Origin: Synechococcus sp.
GTDB taxonomy: Bacteria; Cyanobacteriota; Cyanobacteriia; PCC-6307; Cyanobiaceae
Reading direction: 5' to 3'
Assembly (NCBI GenBank): GCA_047285535.1
Contig: JBJBDC010000001.1
Span: 2,848,136-2,912,135, forward strand
DNA: 64,000 nucleotides
The notes below the pieces were generated by a model. The model ran no database searches, was not told where the DNA came from, and saw nothing but the letters and a program-made list of their open reading frames with translations. Below, one piece after another: positions 9,640-20,322 of this stretch (its first letter is position 1; every line of letters begins with the position of its first letter). The position numbers were made by a program, and so were the translations under genes.

Positions 9640-10068
9640 ATGAATGCTCCAATCCATAACTTAGATCAGCAGTTAAGCCGTCAGCTCCATTTGGTCAGTG
9701 AGATTGCCGAAGCGCTGACGCTCAGATTTCTGAGTCTTGAAGAGCAGCTTAAGCAACTATCTGGACGCCTGGAATCTCTAGATTCTCAATCTTCTGATGA
9801 TTCTGAAAGCTTTGAATTGCTCTCTGACAGTAATAATCGCCTTGTTCAGTTACGCGGTCTTCTGAATGAGGTATCGTCTAGTGATCCTGTACCGCTAGAA
9901 GTAGTCAAGAACTTTGAGCACGATTCAGATTCCTTGAGCGTTCAATCAGAGGATTTTGCTGACCAACAAATGATTGACGTCAACGATTCAGACGAGCGAC
10001 TTATGGATGATCTCGAAAAAGGAAATTATGAAATCAATGATGAGAGTGAAGACTTGTTGTCAGCTTGA
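9640..10068 (+). CDS. Acidic coiled-coil hypothetical protein
   Basis: LSRQLHLVSEIAEALTLRFLSLEEQL coiled-coil then an acidic tail; start set at ATG 9640. Confidence 0.7.
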   Translation: MNAPIHNLDQQLSRQLHLVSEIAEALTLRFLSLEEQLKQLSGRLESLDSQSSDDSESFELLSDSNNRLVQLRGLLNEVSSSDPVPLEVVKNFEHDSDSLSVQSEDFADQQMIDVNDSDERLMDDLEKGNYEINDESEDLLSA

Positions 10069-10314
10069 TGTATTGGGCGCACCTAAGTTCAGTAAGCGTA
10101 CTCGAAAGGTAGCGATCTGACGTGCTTGCTCTGGTTCGTTCTGTAAAAAAGGGTGCTCCCCCATGGTTTGAAATACTTTTTCGATGCGCGCATCAATACT
10201 TAGAGTTTTAAAATTCTCAAGACTGTCCAATTCCTTCCATCTGCGGTCAAATACCATTGCAAATCCATCGGGATTGTTGAAGCTGCGATCGTCATCTATG
10301 GGTACTCGAATCAT
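10060..10314 (-). CDS. Conserved hypothetical protein
   Basis: MIRVPIDDDRSFNNPDGFAMVFDRRWK..HPFLQ..FRVRLLNL; start set at ATG 10314. Confidence 0.75.
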   Translation of the reverse strand: MIRVPIDDDRSFNNPDGFAMVFDRRWKELDSLENFKTLSIDARIEKVFQTMGEHPFLQNEPEQARQIATFRVRLLNLGAPNTSS

Positions 10315-10859
10315 TGTTGTTTCAAGGAAAATGGTGAAAAAAACTTGATGATAGGCTCCTTTAATGGGCTCTTGGACCATTCAAGTTGCTTATTGCTGGA
10401 AGCTTTTTGTTTTTGATTGGCTCCAACACTTTAACCCCTTGCTTTGCTCTAGAAGCAAGCACCTGCTGATGTGCAATATTGAGTTCCTCGCTCTCATACC
10501 CGTTAACGTCGCATCAATGTTTTGATGACAGCCTTGATCTTGGATATGGAAAGCCTCTCTCCACTCGGTTTGTTGAAGACTCTTTGGTGAGAAATGCACT
10601 GCCACCAACATTACAATCAATACCTCTTGTAAATAATCTTTTGATCCGGAGCTTTCTATTCCCTTTCGCGAGATCAAACTTTGGTTTATCCAGAACCCGA
10701 GATTAAACTGGCTCTAAATTAGACGGAAAAGAAGCACCTCTGGATCATGTGATTAATGCTTGATCTGCGTTCCAATCGAGATCTCCTGATTATTTTCTTC
10801 CTGTAGTTGGTTCTGTGTCGGCTTTGGTTTGGTCAAAGGGTACCTGCTTTTTTTGCTGA

Positions 10860-11180
10860 TTCCAGCAGTGCAGCCATCCTTTCAGCATCATTGCAGTAGT
10901 AGTAGTAGTTGAAGGATGACCTATGTGCAAGAGCTCCTTATCAAGAGCGCCATCTAGCCCATCCTCGGAGCCCTTGACAAGAGGATTACAGCTGAGAGGA
11001 GCTTGATGCGTTGCTGAACGTGACACAAGATTGGAGGCCGCATGTGGTGAATGTGTTGATCTCTGAGGCGGCCATTGTTCATGCAGGGAGATGACGTTAA
11101 GAAATGAAATATTGATTGGACCGTAGTGATTGATGAGGAGAATTCCGCGTGAGTGTTTTCTTTGTTTTGAATTGCTTCGG
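10860..11180 (+). pseudogene. Possible decayed hypothetical gene
   Basis: Frame 1 reads ILSASLQ****LKDDLCARAPYQERHLAHPRSP*QEDYS*EELDALLNVTQDWRPHVVNVLISEAAIVHAG, then NIDWTVVIDEEN in another frame. Protein-like, but the family is not identified. Confidence 0.3.
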
Positions 11181-11349
11181 AGGTTTTGATTCGCTTGTGC
11201 CGTGTTGCCCAATTTGAGAACAGCTTTTGCGCAGTGTTTTGACTCCACGACGCCACGTTGGCTCAAGGGTGAATATGGTCAGTTCCTCTGGCAGGTGCTA
11301 GGTAGCTCCAAGCCGCAGCAATCTGACCGTTCAGCTTGTGGTTTGGTAA

Positions 11350-11422
11350 TGCCAGGACCCAGATTTGAACTGGGGACACGGCGATTTTCAGTCGCCTGCT
11401 CTACCAACTGAGCTATCCCGGC
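11350..11422 (-). tRNA. tRNA-Phe(GAA)
   Basis: Reverse complement GCCGGGATAGCTCAGTTGGTAGAGC..CTGAAAA..GTTCAAATC..CCTGGCA forms a cloverleaf. Confidence 0.97.
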
Positions 11423-11452
11423 ACGTCGCTTTCACGACTGCAGAATCTTAAA

Positions 11453-12082
11453 TCACGGTGTGCGCGCAAGACAGATCAAACCTTGCACCTCAACTCCATG
11501 TTGCTTCAATGTTTGAAGGGCTTCTGTGGCCGTGGCACCGCTGGTGAGAATGTCATCGACCACCCAGGTGGGTGCCTTTTTGACAGGCCGTGACTGGTGG
11601 TCTGGATCAATCTCAAAGGCAGACTGCATGTTGACGAGTCGCTGGTTGCGAACGAGGTGGTGCTGCCCCACTGTCCGGCGACATCGTTTAAGCAGCCTCT
11701 GGGTGGTGAGTTCCAGACTTCGGCAGATCAATGTAGGAAGTGGATTGGCTCGGTGCTCTGCCTTCCAGCTTGGAATAGGAACAAGGAGAGCATTTGCCGG
11801 TAGGACTTTGCGAAGAGCGAAGGTGATCGCCTGAAGCACGCTTCGATCTTGTTTGACACGTTGGCGCAGGATTTCACGGCGAAGTTCTCCTCGATACCAC
11901 CCTGCAGAGTGGTATCGAACAGGAGTGATGCCTTTTAATCCCATCTCCATGAGCCCCAATTTCTGACAGCAATCGCTGCATGGGTTCATAGCCTGTTGAT
12001 GGGTCTTGATCTCACTCCTGCAAATTGGGCAAGAAGGCAAGAGGAAGAGCTCTTGGAGAGAAGCCTGAAGTGCACTTGGCAA
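11453..12082 (-). CDS. comF: ComF family amidophosphoribosyltransferase-like competence protein
   Basis: CPIC/CSDC zinc motifs; PRPP motif VVDDILTSGAT. Confidence 0.85.
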   Translation of the reverse strand: MPSALQASLQELFLLPSCPICRSEIKTHQQAMNPCSDCCQKLGLMEMGLKGITPVRYHSAGWYRGELRREILRQRVKQDRSVLQAITFALRKVLPANALLVPIPSWKAEHRANPLPTLICRSLELTTQRLLKRCRRTVGQHHLVRNQRLVNMQSAFEIDPDHQSRPVKKAPTWVVDDILTSGATATEALQTLKQHGVEVQGLICLARTP

Positions 12083-12101
12083 GGAGTCCAGCCGACTACC
12101 T

Positions 12102-12389
12102 TCAGGATTCCCCGCTTTCGTTTGGGGTGGGCATAGCTCTCAGCATGGCCACCATCGTCCGGTGGGCATCTTCACTGTCTGTGAGTGTGTGGTCGAAAGG
12201 GATTCTCAGCGGTTTGCCGTCCACCTCAAGGTTCATGGCATCAGCTTTGACTGCTGTCATCGTGGCCCTATTGGCGTCAGTGACTCCGCCGTAATGGTGG
12301 GCGTACTGAAGCACTGCATCGGCATGGTCTTCATTCATGTGTCGACAGATGCGTTCACTCACTGCTGGGGTAAGAGGATCGGCGCTCAT
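12102..12389 (-). CDS. DUF2470 family protein
   Basis: RICRHMNEDHADAV motif; start set at MSADPL. Confidence 0.8.
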   Translation of the reverse strand: MSADPLTPAVSERICRHMNEDHADAVLQYAHHYGGVTDANRATMTAVKADAMNLEVDGKPLRIPFDHTLTDSEDAHRTMVAMLRAMPTPNESGES

Positions 12390-12555
12390 GGTTGAAGAGG
12401 TTGACGTTAAGGATGGATGTGTTCTAGCTGAAGTGTTGCCAGAGCAGGATGGCGAGACGAATCCCGCTGAATCCCACATATCCGGCAAGGACGATGAACA
12501 GGCCAATGGCAAGGCCGTCGCGAAGTCGGTTGGGCAAGGAATCGGGGATGCTGAT

Positions 12556-13827
12556 TTAATTCTCCCTTAGATGAATCCTCTTGTCTGGTGCCCTTAAAGC
12601 GGTCAGGGCAAGGCGCGCCACTCCCGCGGCTGGAGGGGTGTTGCAGCTCCGGATCGGAACCACAAGATGGCGCTCACGCAGGCGACGCCATTGTGGATTC
12701 CGTGCTCCACCTCCAAGAGTCACGATCTTCTTGGGGGGATCAGCTCCGAGGCTGATCAGTCGTTTCCATCCAGCCCCTTCGATTTGTGTCAACCCTTCCA
12801 AGAGGCCATGCAGATAGAGGGCATCGCTGACAGGGCGGGGAGTGAGTATCGGTTCAAGTTTGGGGTCATCGATTGGAAAGCGTTCGCCGCGTCTTGGAAG
12901 AGGCAGCAGTTTCAAGCCGCTGTTCTGATCTGGATTGATCTGCCGGCTGAGTTCGGCCAGGTCGATGTCAGGAAAAATTTGTTTCAGCACAGCCGCACCG
13001 GCATTGGATGCTCCGCCGCATAACCATCGACCTCCTACCCGGTGGGTGGAGGTCCCGGGACTAGGAGCGATGGGCTGCGGCACGAAACGTTTGAGAACCA
13101 TGGTGCTTCCAAGTACTGCGATGCCTTCGTCGTCTTCAGCATCAGCGGTGAGGACTGCTGCGTTGGCATCGGTGGTCCCTGCTACCACCAAGAGATCCTT
13201 CGGTAGGCCTAGATCTCTCGAGCGTTGAGGTGAAAGGGTCCCAAGCACGGATCCACTGGCGCGAATCTTTGGCAGTGCATTCCACCATGATTGGTTGACA
13301 AAGCTATCTGGCCAGGCCCCTTGGCTCAAATCCCAACCGAGACGCAGGTTGTTTCCCTCTTCCCCATAGCTCCAATCTTCCATAAGCCACCCGCTGATCC
13401 AGTCGGCTTGATGGCGAAGCAGGAGTGGCTCTCTGTGTTGATCGAGTAAATGGAGGGCCCGTCCAAGGCTTCCACTGGCGCTTGATGCCGGTCCACCCCC
13501 TGGACACAAGGCTTGGAGCTGACCAACAGAATTTGGGCATGCGAACGAATAGGGCAACGCCTCGGAAAGGGGCACGCCCTTTCGATCGCATGCCAGCAAT
13601 GTGCCTGAGGTGCCATCTACTGAGATAGCTCTAAGGCGATCTCGATAATCGGGCTGAAGGCGACTGATCAATGTGTAACATCGATCGCGCCAGTCAAAGG
13701 GATCGCTCAGACCGAGCTGGTACGCCTCCGTTTCTGTTTGAAGCAGAGTACAGGTGCTATCGATAACAGCAATGCGGACACCGCTGGTGCCTAGGTCAAT
13801 GCCGAGCACCAGCGGATCTTGGCTCAT
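12556..13827 (-). CDS. FGGY-family carbohydrate kinase
   Basis: LGIDLGTSGVR, VDGTSGT, GTTD, GGASNAG, GGGARN. Confidence 0.9.
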   Translation of the reverse strand: MSQDPLVLGIDLGTSGVRIAVIDSTCTLLQTETEAYQLGLSDPFDWRDRCYTLISRLQPDYRDRLRAISVDGTSGTLLACDRKGVPLSEALPYSFACPNSVGQLQALCPGGGPASSASGSLGRALHLLDQHREPLLLRHQADWISGWLMEDWSYGEEGNNLRLGWDLSQGAWPDSFVNQSWWNALPKIRASGSVLGTLSPQRSRDLGLPKDLLVVAGTTDANAAVLTADAEDDEGIAVLGSTMVLKRFVPQPIAPSPGTSTHRVGGRWLCGGASNAGAAVLKQIFPDIDLAELSRQINPDQNSGLKLLPLPRRGERFPIDDPKLEPILTPRPVSDALYLHGLLEGLTQIEGAGWKRLISLGADPPKKIVTLGGGARNPQWRRLRERHLVVPIRSCNTPPAAGVARLALTALRAPDKRIHLREN

Positions 13828-13839
13828 GAACTTGGGCCT

Positions 13840-15099
13840 CTAGAGGCTCTTTCCGGATTGGATGCGGTTTGCTTCCGCTTGCTTCAGGGCGGCAGCCTTG
13901 TCGGCAACGTCTTCCCAGGGCAAGTTCAGATCTGGCCGGCCAAAGTGGCCATAGGCGGCCGTATCACGGTAGAAGCGTCCACTGTTGAGAGAAGGCATTT
14001 CCCGCAGCTTGAACTGCTCGATGATGGCGCCAGGACGTAGGTCAAAGTGCTCTTGCACCAAGTCGGTGAGTTCCGCATTGGAAACCTTGCCTGTGCCGAA
14101 AGATTCCACAAGAATCGATACCGGTTTGGCGACTCCGATTGCATAGCTCAGTTGAACTTCTGCGCGATTCGCAAGACCTGAGGCTACGAGTGCTTTCGCT
14201 ACGTATCGTGCTGCATAGGCAGCGGACCGGTCCACCTTGGTGGGGTCTTTGCCTGAGAAGGCACCACCACCGTGACGGGCATAGCCGCCGTAGGTGTCGA
14301 CAATGATTTTTCGACCGGTTAGACCGGCATCACCCTGAGGACCACCGACCACGAATTTGCCCGTGGGGTTGACCAGATAGCGGCAATTGGCGCGATCGGG
14401 CTTTAGAGGTAGGTCTGCTGTCGCTGGAAGCACAACATGAGTCCAGAGATCTTCGCTGATGCGATTGCGCACCTCCGGCTCGTCGGTTAATCCAGTTACC
14501 TCGGCGGTGTGTTGGGTTGAGATCAGGATGGTGTCGATCTCAACTGGCTTGTCGTTTTCATAGACAACGCTTACCTGGGTTTTGCCATCAGGGAGTAGGT
14601 AATCGAGTGTTTCGTTATGGCGGACTTCGGCCAGGCGTCTAGCAAGCCTATGGGCAAGGCTGATGGGCAGAGGCATCAGCTCAGGCGTTTCATTGCAGGC
14701 GTAGCCAAACATGATCCCCTGATCACCGGCCCCGACCTTGTCGAGGGGATCACCTGCGTGATCATCGGCTTCATCAACGCCCTGGGCTATATCAGGTGAT
14801 TGCTGATCAAGGGCGATGAGTACGGCACAGCTCGTGGCGTCAAAGCCACCGGCCCGAGCGCCGCTGTAACCGATATCCCGAATCACATCGCGCACGAGAT
14901 GAATGAAATCCACCTGGGCTGTCGAAGTGACTTCACCTGTGATCATGCAGAGGCCGGTATTCACAACCGTTTCGCAGGCCACCCGACTCGTGATGTCTTG
15001 AGCTAGAAGAGCATCCAGTACGGCATCACTGACTTGATCACAGATCTTGTCGGGATGGCCTTCCGTCACAGATTCGGAAGTGAAAACGTATCGACTCAT
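13840..15099 (-). CDS. metK: S-adenosylmethionine synthetase
   Basis: [28 protein letters not shown]. Confidence 0.98.
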   Translation of the reverse strand: MSRYVFTSESVTEGHPDKICDQVSDAVLDALLAQDITSRVACETVVNTGLCMITGEVTSTAQVDFIHLVRDVIRDIGYSGARAGGFDATSCAVLIALDQQSPDIAQGVDEADDHAGDPLDKVGAGDQGIMFGYACNETPELMPLPISLAHRLARRLAEVRHNETLDYLLPDGKTQVSVVYENDKPVEIDTILISTQHTAEVTGLTDEPEVRNRISEDLWTHVVLPATADLPLKPDRANCRYLVNPTGKFVVGGPQGDAGLTGRKIIVDTYGGYARHGGGAFSGKDPTKVDRSAAYAARYVAKALVASGLANRAEVQLSYAIGVAKPVSILVESFGTGKVSNAELTDLVQEHFDLRPGAIIEQFKLREMPSLNSGRFYRDTAAYGHFGRPDLNLPWEDVADKAAALKQAEANRIQSGKSL

Positions 15100-15136
15100 A
15101 AGTGGTACTGGTGTGGAGGGATTTTACGGGTCCCCT

Positions 15137-15928
15137 TTACGGAGCTTGTTCAATCGTCAGCTCTTGCCAGTGATGGATCAGATATTGATGGGCTGTCAGG
15201 TTGGGGGTTCGATGCCATCCCGCCACGTACCCAAGCGAACAACCAATGCCTGCACGGCGTGCCATCAGCAGGTCTGAGTCGGCATCACCAACGAGTGCAC
15301 ATAGTGCTGGATCCAAATGAAGCTTGTTGCATAAACCATGCACAGCGCCTGGATCGGGTTTGCTTGGGGTGTCATCAGCGCTCCAGATTCCTGTGATGAA
15401 TTGGCTTAAGCCATGGTCTTGAAGAAACTGTTCGATTCCATCATTGGTGTCATTGCTGATGACAGCACAGATCACCCCTGCGCTGTGCAGCTCGTTGAGC
15501 AACTCCTTTGAGTAGGGCAGAGGTGTTCTGGCGCTAAGACTTGTCTCCTTTGAGCGTTGCTTGTGGAGGCGATCCACACTGTCAAAGATCTCTTCCGCCA
15601 GCACGAGTGCTTGAGGCCAGCTGAGATCAAACAAACAGAAAATGGTCGCTATACTTAATAAATTGTGTTGACGCGAAGCGACGGCCAACAGTCCATCGGG
15701 AATCAATCCGGAGTCGCATCGGCCCATCGCGCGCATGAGCAAGGACTGAAGTCGAGCTTGGATCTTGGTGGATGCGCCTTGGGATGCAAAGACACGAATG
15801 GACTCCTGAACCCTTGAGTCCGCCAGCTCAATTAAATGAGGTTCGCTATGGGAAAGGGTGCCGTCCTTGTCGAACAACACCCCATGAATCGAGCCAAGTG
15901 AATGGCCTCTCAGAGATAAATGAGCCAT
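15137..15928 (-). CDS. HAD-family hydrolase
   Basis: FDKDGTL, SND, KPDP, VGDADSD. Confidence 0.9.
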   Translation of the reverse strand: MAHLSLRGHSLGSIHGVLFDKDGTLSHSEPHLIELADSRVQESIRVFASQGASTKIQARLQSLLMRAMGRCDSGLIPDGLLAVASRQHNLLSIATIFCLFDLSWPQALVLAEEIFDSVDRLHKQRSKETSLSARTPLPYSKELLNELHSAGVICAVISNDTNDGIEQFLQDHGLSQFITGIWSADDTPSKPDPGAVHGLCNKLHLDPALCALVGDADSDLLMARRAGIGCSLGYVAGWHRTPNLTAHQYLIHHWQELTIEQAP

Positions 15929-15941
15929 GGGCTCATGCCGC

Positions 15942-17042
15942 TCAGACCATCATCGAACTCAAAGGCTCTTCTCCTTCTTCCGCTTGCTCAAGAAGCATCT
16001 GCTTATAGCGAGCCGCCATTTCCTCTGCTTTGTCAAAGACTTTTTGAGGATCAGTGAGCATGTCACCGGGTTCTGGCTCCAGAGCCTTGGTAGAAAGGGA
16101 GATGCGGCCACGTTCGGCGTCGAGGTCGATGATCATCACCTTCATTTGATCATTCACGTTCAGCACTGAATGGGGTGTTTCGATGTGCTCGTGACTGATT
16201 TCGGAAATGTGCAGCAAACCGCTGACGCCACCGATGTCGATAAACGCGCCGTAGGGCTTGATGCCACGAACGGTTCCGATCACCACTTCGCCTACCTCAA
16301 GGCGATTCATCTTGCGTTCGACCAGGGCGCGGCGATGACTGAGAACAAGTCGGTTTCGTTCTTCGTCCACCTCCAGGAATTTGAGAGGCAAAAAGTCTGC
16401 AACCAGCTCTTCTTTCGGTTTTCGCGTACTGATATGGGATCCAGGGATGAAGCCGCGAAGGCCTTCCACCCTGACGAGAGCACCACCACGGTTGGTGGCG
16501 AAGACTTCTGAATAAATGGTGGCGTCTTCTTTTTGCAGCTGACGCACCCGTTCCCAGGCGCGTTGGTACTCGATACGTCGAACCGAGAGGGACAGTTGCC
16601 CGTCTTCGTTTTCTTCACTCATGATGAAGAATTCCCGTATCTCTCCGGGTTGCAATACGTCGCTGAGACCTTCAACCCTGTTGATGGAGACCTCTTGAAG
16701 GGGCATAAAAGCGGCGGTTTTGGCGCCGATATCGATCATCGCCCCCTTGGTCTCCAACGCGAAAACTGTGCCGTTGACAATGTCACCTGGCTTGAAGTTG
16801 TAGTCGTATTTGCTAAGCAGTGAGGCGAAATCATCAATCGTGAAGCCGGCCCCATCCAACTCCTGAGGGTTGGCACGACTGCTGGGATCATCAGCAGTAG
16901 GAATGTCTTCAGGAATGCTGAGATCTTCGTCCGTTCCGAAATCGGCTTGGTCTGCTGTGGCCTCGACGGCTTTGCTCTCCTCGACGGTTGTGGTGGAGTC
17001 CACAGCAAGATCCTGAGTCGGATCGGTTGGGGTGACAGTCAT
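15942..17042 (-). CDS. rps1: 30S ribosomal protein S1
   Basis: Three S1 domains; start set at MTVTPTD. Confidence 0.95.
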   Translation of the reverse strand: MTVTPTDPTQDLAVDSTTTVEESKAVEATADQADFGTDEDLSIPEDIPTADDPSSRANPQELDGAGFTIDDFASLLSKYDYNFKPGDIVNGTVFALETKGAMIDIGAKTAAFMPLQEVSINRVEGLSDVLQPGEIREFFIMSEENEDGQLSLSVRRIEYQRAWERVRQLQKEDATIYSEVFATNRGGALVRVEGLRGFIPGSHISTRKPKEELVADFLPLKFLEVDEERNRLVLSHRRALVERKMNRLEVGEVVIGTVRGIKPYGAFIDIGGVSGLLHISEISHEHIETPHSVLNVNDQMKVMIIDLDAERGRISLSTKALEPEPGDMLTDPQKVFDKAEEMAARYKQMLLEQAEEGEEPLSSMMV

Positions 17043-17144
17043 GGATGGGTGGCGGTCTGCCCGAAGACAGTGCGATAAAAATTGATCCAAAGCCCGCCGA
17101 CAAAGGATCAGTATTTTTTAATTTTACAGAACAGCCTTGCTAAT

Positions 17145-17621
17145 TCAGACGAGTGCAGTGAGATGAGCTTTGTCTGCATTCATCCCTTCGAGGGTGGAGA
17201 CAAAATCGCTGACGCTTTGAAATTGCCGATAGACGGAAGCGAAACGCACATAAGCCACTTCGCTGGCCTCTTTGAGATGCTCAAGTACAAGCTCGCCAAT
17301 CTCTGAACTACTGATCTCACGGCTGTTGCGTTGCTGAAGATTTAGTTCAAGCTCATCAACGATGGATTCGAGGTTGTTGGGGGTTAGGTCTGTTTTTTCG
17401 CAGGCTCTTCTCAAACCATGAAGAAGCTTGTTTCGATTGAAAATTTCACGATGACCATTCCGTTTAAGAACAGTCACTGGAGCCATTTCTACACGTTCAT
17501 AGGTGGTGAATCGAAATTCGCAATTCAGGCATTCACGACGCCGACGGACACTTTTGCCTCCCTCGGCTGCTCTCGATTCGAGAACCCGGCTATCCGTGTT
17601 TTGGCAAGAGGGGCACTGCAT
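17145..17621 (-). CDS. nrdR: Transcriptional repressor NrdR
   Basis: [24 protein letters not shown] cone, [10 protein letters not shown]. Confidence 0.97.
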   Translation of the reverse strand: MQCPSCQNTDSRVLESRAAEGGKSVRRRRECLNCEFRFTTYERVEMAPVTVLKRNGHREIFNRNKLLHGLRRACEKTDLTPNNLESIVDELELNLQQRNSREISSSEIGELVLEHLKEASEVAYVRFASVYRQFQSVSDFVSTLEGMNADKAHLTALV

Positions 17622-17712
17622 GCCCTAATGAATGCAATTTGATTCTTCATATTGTATAGAACAGTGGAGCATTGAAAAGTGTTTGTGAAGTATGCCTCTG
17701 GTTTGAACAATT

Positions 17713-17740
17713 AAAAAAACCCCGCTTGATGCGGGGTTTG
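17713..17740 (-). terminator. Intrinsic terminator after psbT
   Basis: AAACCCCGC..GCGGGGTTT hairpin with a T-tract on the minus strand. Confidence 0.8.
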
Positions 17741-17754
17741 ATCTGCTGGAAACA

Positions 17755-17850
17755 CTACTTACCGATCTTCGGTGGATCGCGAAATGCGATGGCGAAGAAC
17801 AGGGTGGCAATCGCCAGGCCGAGGATGAGGATGTAAGCGAAACTTTCCAT
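17755..17850 (-). CDS. psbT: Photosystem II protein PsbT
   Basis: Manual translation [31 protein letters not shown]; below the ORF-track cutoff. Confidence 0.96.
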   Translation of the reverse strand: MESFAYILILGLAIATLFFAIAFRDPPKIGK

Positions 17851-17871
17851 CGAGAGTCTCCTAGAGAGCGA

Positions 17872-19434
17872 TCAACTGAGTGGTGTGGATCCCGCGGGAG
17901 GAACATATCCCTTGGGAAGGCGACGGGTAGACCGGTCGCCGAGTTTTTGGAAAAGGCCAAATTCAACCTGTTCGCCTAGGTCAGGATCGATGCCTGCAAA
18001 CACATCTCTGTAGAGGGTGCGAGCACCGTGCCAAATGTGTCCGAAGAAAAAGAGCAGAGCGAAGGTTGCATGGCCAAACGTGAACCAGCCGCGTGGTGAA
18101 CTGCGGAATGTTCCGTCTGAGTTGTAGGTCTCGCGGTCGAACTCGAAACCTTCACCCAGTTGAGCCTTGCGTGCCAAACGCTTCACTTCGGCGGGATCAG
18201 TAAAAACCTTGCCGTCTAAAGAACCGCCGTAAACAGTTGCAGTGACTCCCATCTGTTCAAAGGAATACTTGGCCTCGGCACGGCGGAATGGAATGTCGGC
18301 TCGAACGATTCCCTCATTATCTTCGAGAACAACTGGAAAATTCTCAAAGAAGTTTGGAAGGCGACGAACCTGAAGCTCACGTCCTTCTTTGTCAGTAAAG
18401 ACGGGATGACCAATCCATCCTGTGGCCAGTCCATCACCATTCACCATTGGACCAACTCTGAACAGGCCACCTTTGGCTGGGCTATTGCCTACGTAGTCAT
18501 AGAACGCAAGCTTCTCCGGAATGGAAGCATAGGCATCTTCTAGAGAGCTTCCTTCGTCAAGGGCCGTTTGGACACGGCGATTGATTTCTGTTTTGAAGTA
18601 GCTCTGATCCCACTGATATCGGGTGGGACCGAATAACTCAACAGGGGTTGCAGCAGCGCCATACCACATGGTGCCTGCCACGACAAATGCGGCAAAGAAA
18701 ACAGCGGCAATTGCGCTTGCGAGAACAGTTTCGATGTTGCCCATGCGCAGGGCCTTGTAGAGCCGCTCAGGTGGCCGTGTTGTGATGTGAAAAATACCGG
18801 CGATGATGCCCACGATGCCTGCGGCAATGTGGTGCGCCACGATTCCTCCAGGATTAAAGGGGTTAAATCCTTCAGGCCCCCAAGAGGGTTGGACAGGTTC
18901 TAAGTGGCCTGTCAAAGAGTATGGATCGGAAATCCACATTCCAGGCCCGAAGACTCCCGTGAGGTGAAAGGCTCCGAATCCGAAACAACCCAACCCAGCG
19001 AGGAGGAGGTGAATGCCAAAAATTTTCGGGAGGTCAAGAGCAGGTTCGCCCGTGCGAGGGTCCTGCCATATTTCTAGATCCCAATAAGTCCAGTGCCAAA
19101 TCGCTGCGAGCATCAATAAGCCGCTGAAAACGATATGGGCGGCTGCGACACCTTCGAAGCTCCAGAAGCCAGGATCAACTCCTGTTTCTCCTGTAATGCT
19201 CCAGCCTCCCCAGCTGCCGGTGACACCTAGTCGTGACATGAAAGGCATGACAAACATGCCCTGACGCCACATCGGATTTAGAACTGGGTCCGATGGATCA
19301 AAAATAGCGAGTTCATAAAGAGCCATCGAGCCGGCCCAGCCGGCTACGAGAGCAGTGTGCATGAGGTGCACGGCCAGAAGTCGGCCTGGGTCGTTGATGA
19401 CGACGGTGTGCACCCGATACCAGGGCAATCCCAT
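17872..19434 (-). CDS. psbB: Photosystem II CP47
   Basis: [19 protein letters not shown] start and full-length CP47 features. Confidence 0.99.
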   Translation of the reverse strand: MGLPWYRVHTVVINDPGRLLAVHLMHTALVAGWAGSMALYELAIFDPSDPVLNPMWRQGMFVMPFMSRLGVTGSWGGWSITGETGVDPGFWSFEGVAAAHIVFSGLLMLAAIWHWTYWDLEIWQDPRTGEPALDLPKIFGIHLLLAGLGCFGFGAFHLTGVFGPGMWISDPYSLTGHLEPVQPSWGPEGFNPFNPGGIVAHHIAAGIVGIIAGIFHITTRPPERLYKALRMGNIETVLASAIAAVFFAAFVVAGTMWYGAAATPVELFGPTRYQWDQSYFKTEINRRVQTALDEGSSLEDAYASIPEKLAFYDYVGNSPAKGGLFRVGPMVNGDGLATGWIGHPVFTDKEGRELQVRRLPNFFENFPVVLEDNEGIVRADIPFRRAEAKYSFEQMGVTATVYGGSLDGKVFTDPAEVKRLARKAQLGEGFEFDRETYNSDGTFRSSPRGWFTFGHATFALLFFFGHIWHGARTLYRDVFAGIDPDLGEQVEFGLFQKLGDRSTRRLPKGYVPPAGSTPLS

Positions 19435-19676
19435 GGGTCAGGTTCAGGTGGTACGGAGCTGCTGATACAGACAGACGAGGCGATCGTAAGGCTTTTGATC
19501 AATCGATTGGGCCGTGTTGTCGCGAGCTGCAATGTGTTGTGTTTAAGTCTCGTGTTCCGTTTTCCCTGCCGCCCTGTCAGTGCTTCCGTCCTCTGATTGA
19601 TGCATTCTTGTTTGGTCAATGGGGTTACAAAACGCAACCTTTGGGCGCAAAGTAGGGGCTTGTTGTTGGGGGCTCT

Positions 19677-20144
19677 ATGCCAGTCATTCGTTTTCTCCGG
19701 GAAGGACGTGATGTGGAGTGCTACCCAGGTGAAAATCTTCGCGACGTTGCTCTAAGAGAAAACATTCAGTTATATGGACTGAAGGGACAGCTCGGCAATT
19801 GTGGTGGATGTGGTCAATGCATCACGTGCTTTGTTGATGTGATTGACTCTGGTGCCGATGCCTCATTGACGGCTCGAACAGCAGTTGAAGACAACAAACT
19901 CAGACGACGTCCTGAGTCCTGGAGATTGGCTTGTCAATCGTTAGTTGAAAAGTCTGTAATCATCCTGACCCGGCCCCAAGTTCGCTTCCCTGAACTTGAT
20001 AAAACCAAGGCAGCCGCTCTGTCAGCACCCCTTCCAGCCGGGCCAACTGCTTGGCCCGTCGAGGAGTTCATTGAGGATAAAGATGAAGGGGATGAACAAG
20101 ATTCTGAGATGGATTCCCCTGCTACGCCCGATGACGAGGGGTGA
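19677..20144 (+). CDS. 2Fe-2S ferredoxin-like protein with acidic tail
   Basis: NCGGCGQCITC..RLACQ cluster motif. Confidence 0.88.
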   Translation: MPVIRFLREGRDVECYPGENLRDVALRENIQLYGLKGQLGNCGGCGQCITCFVDVIDSGADASLTARTAVEDNKLRRRPESWRLACQSLVEKSVIILTRPQVRFPELDKTKAAALSAPLPAGPTAWPVEEFIEDKDEGDEQDSEMDSPATPDDEG

Positions 20145-20204
20145 GCTGAAGTCCACCCTGGCTCCCGAACGATGATACGTTCGCCTGTGCACCATTAATC
20201 ACCT

Positions 20205-20315
20205 ATGGAAACCAACGATCTCGGCTTTGTTGCCAGCCTCATGTTCGTCCTGGTTCCGACGGTGTTTCTTATCGTCTTGTTCATCCAGACCAATAGCCGG
20301 GAGGGTTCATCCTGA
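20205..20315 (+). CDS. psbM: Photosystem II protein PsbM
   Basis: Manual translation METNDLGFVASLMFVLVPTVFLIVLFIQTNSREGSS. Confidence 0.95.
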   Translation: METNDLGFVASLMFVLVPTVFLIVLFIQTNSREGSS

Positions 20316-20322
20316 TCGGCTG

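Noticed and set aside
10390..11411. Overlapping ORFs 10390-10677, 10479-10706, 10790-11266, 10954-11256 and 11202-11411
   Set aside because: Mutually overlapping with no family signal; one runs through tRNA-Phe.
11350..11422. Prophage or integrative element at tRNA-Phe (tRNA-Thr and tRNA-Tyr also checked)
   Set aside because: No integrase, transposase or duplicated tRNA 3' end seen in the window.
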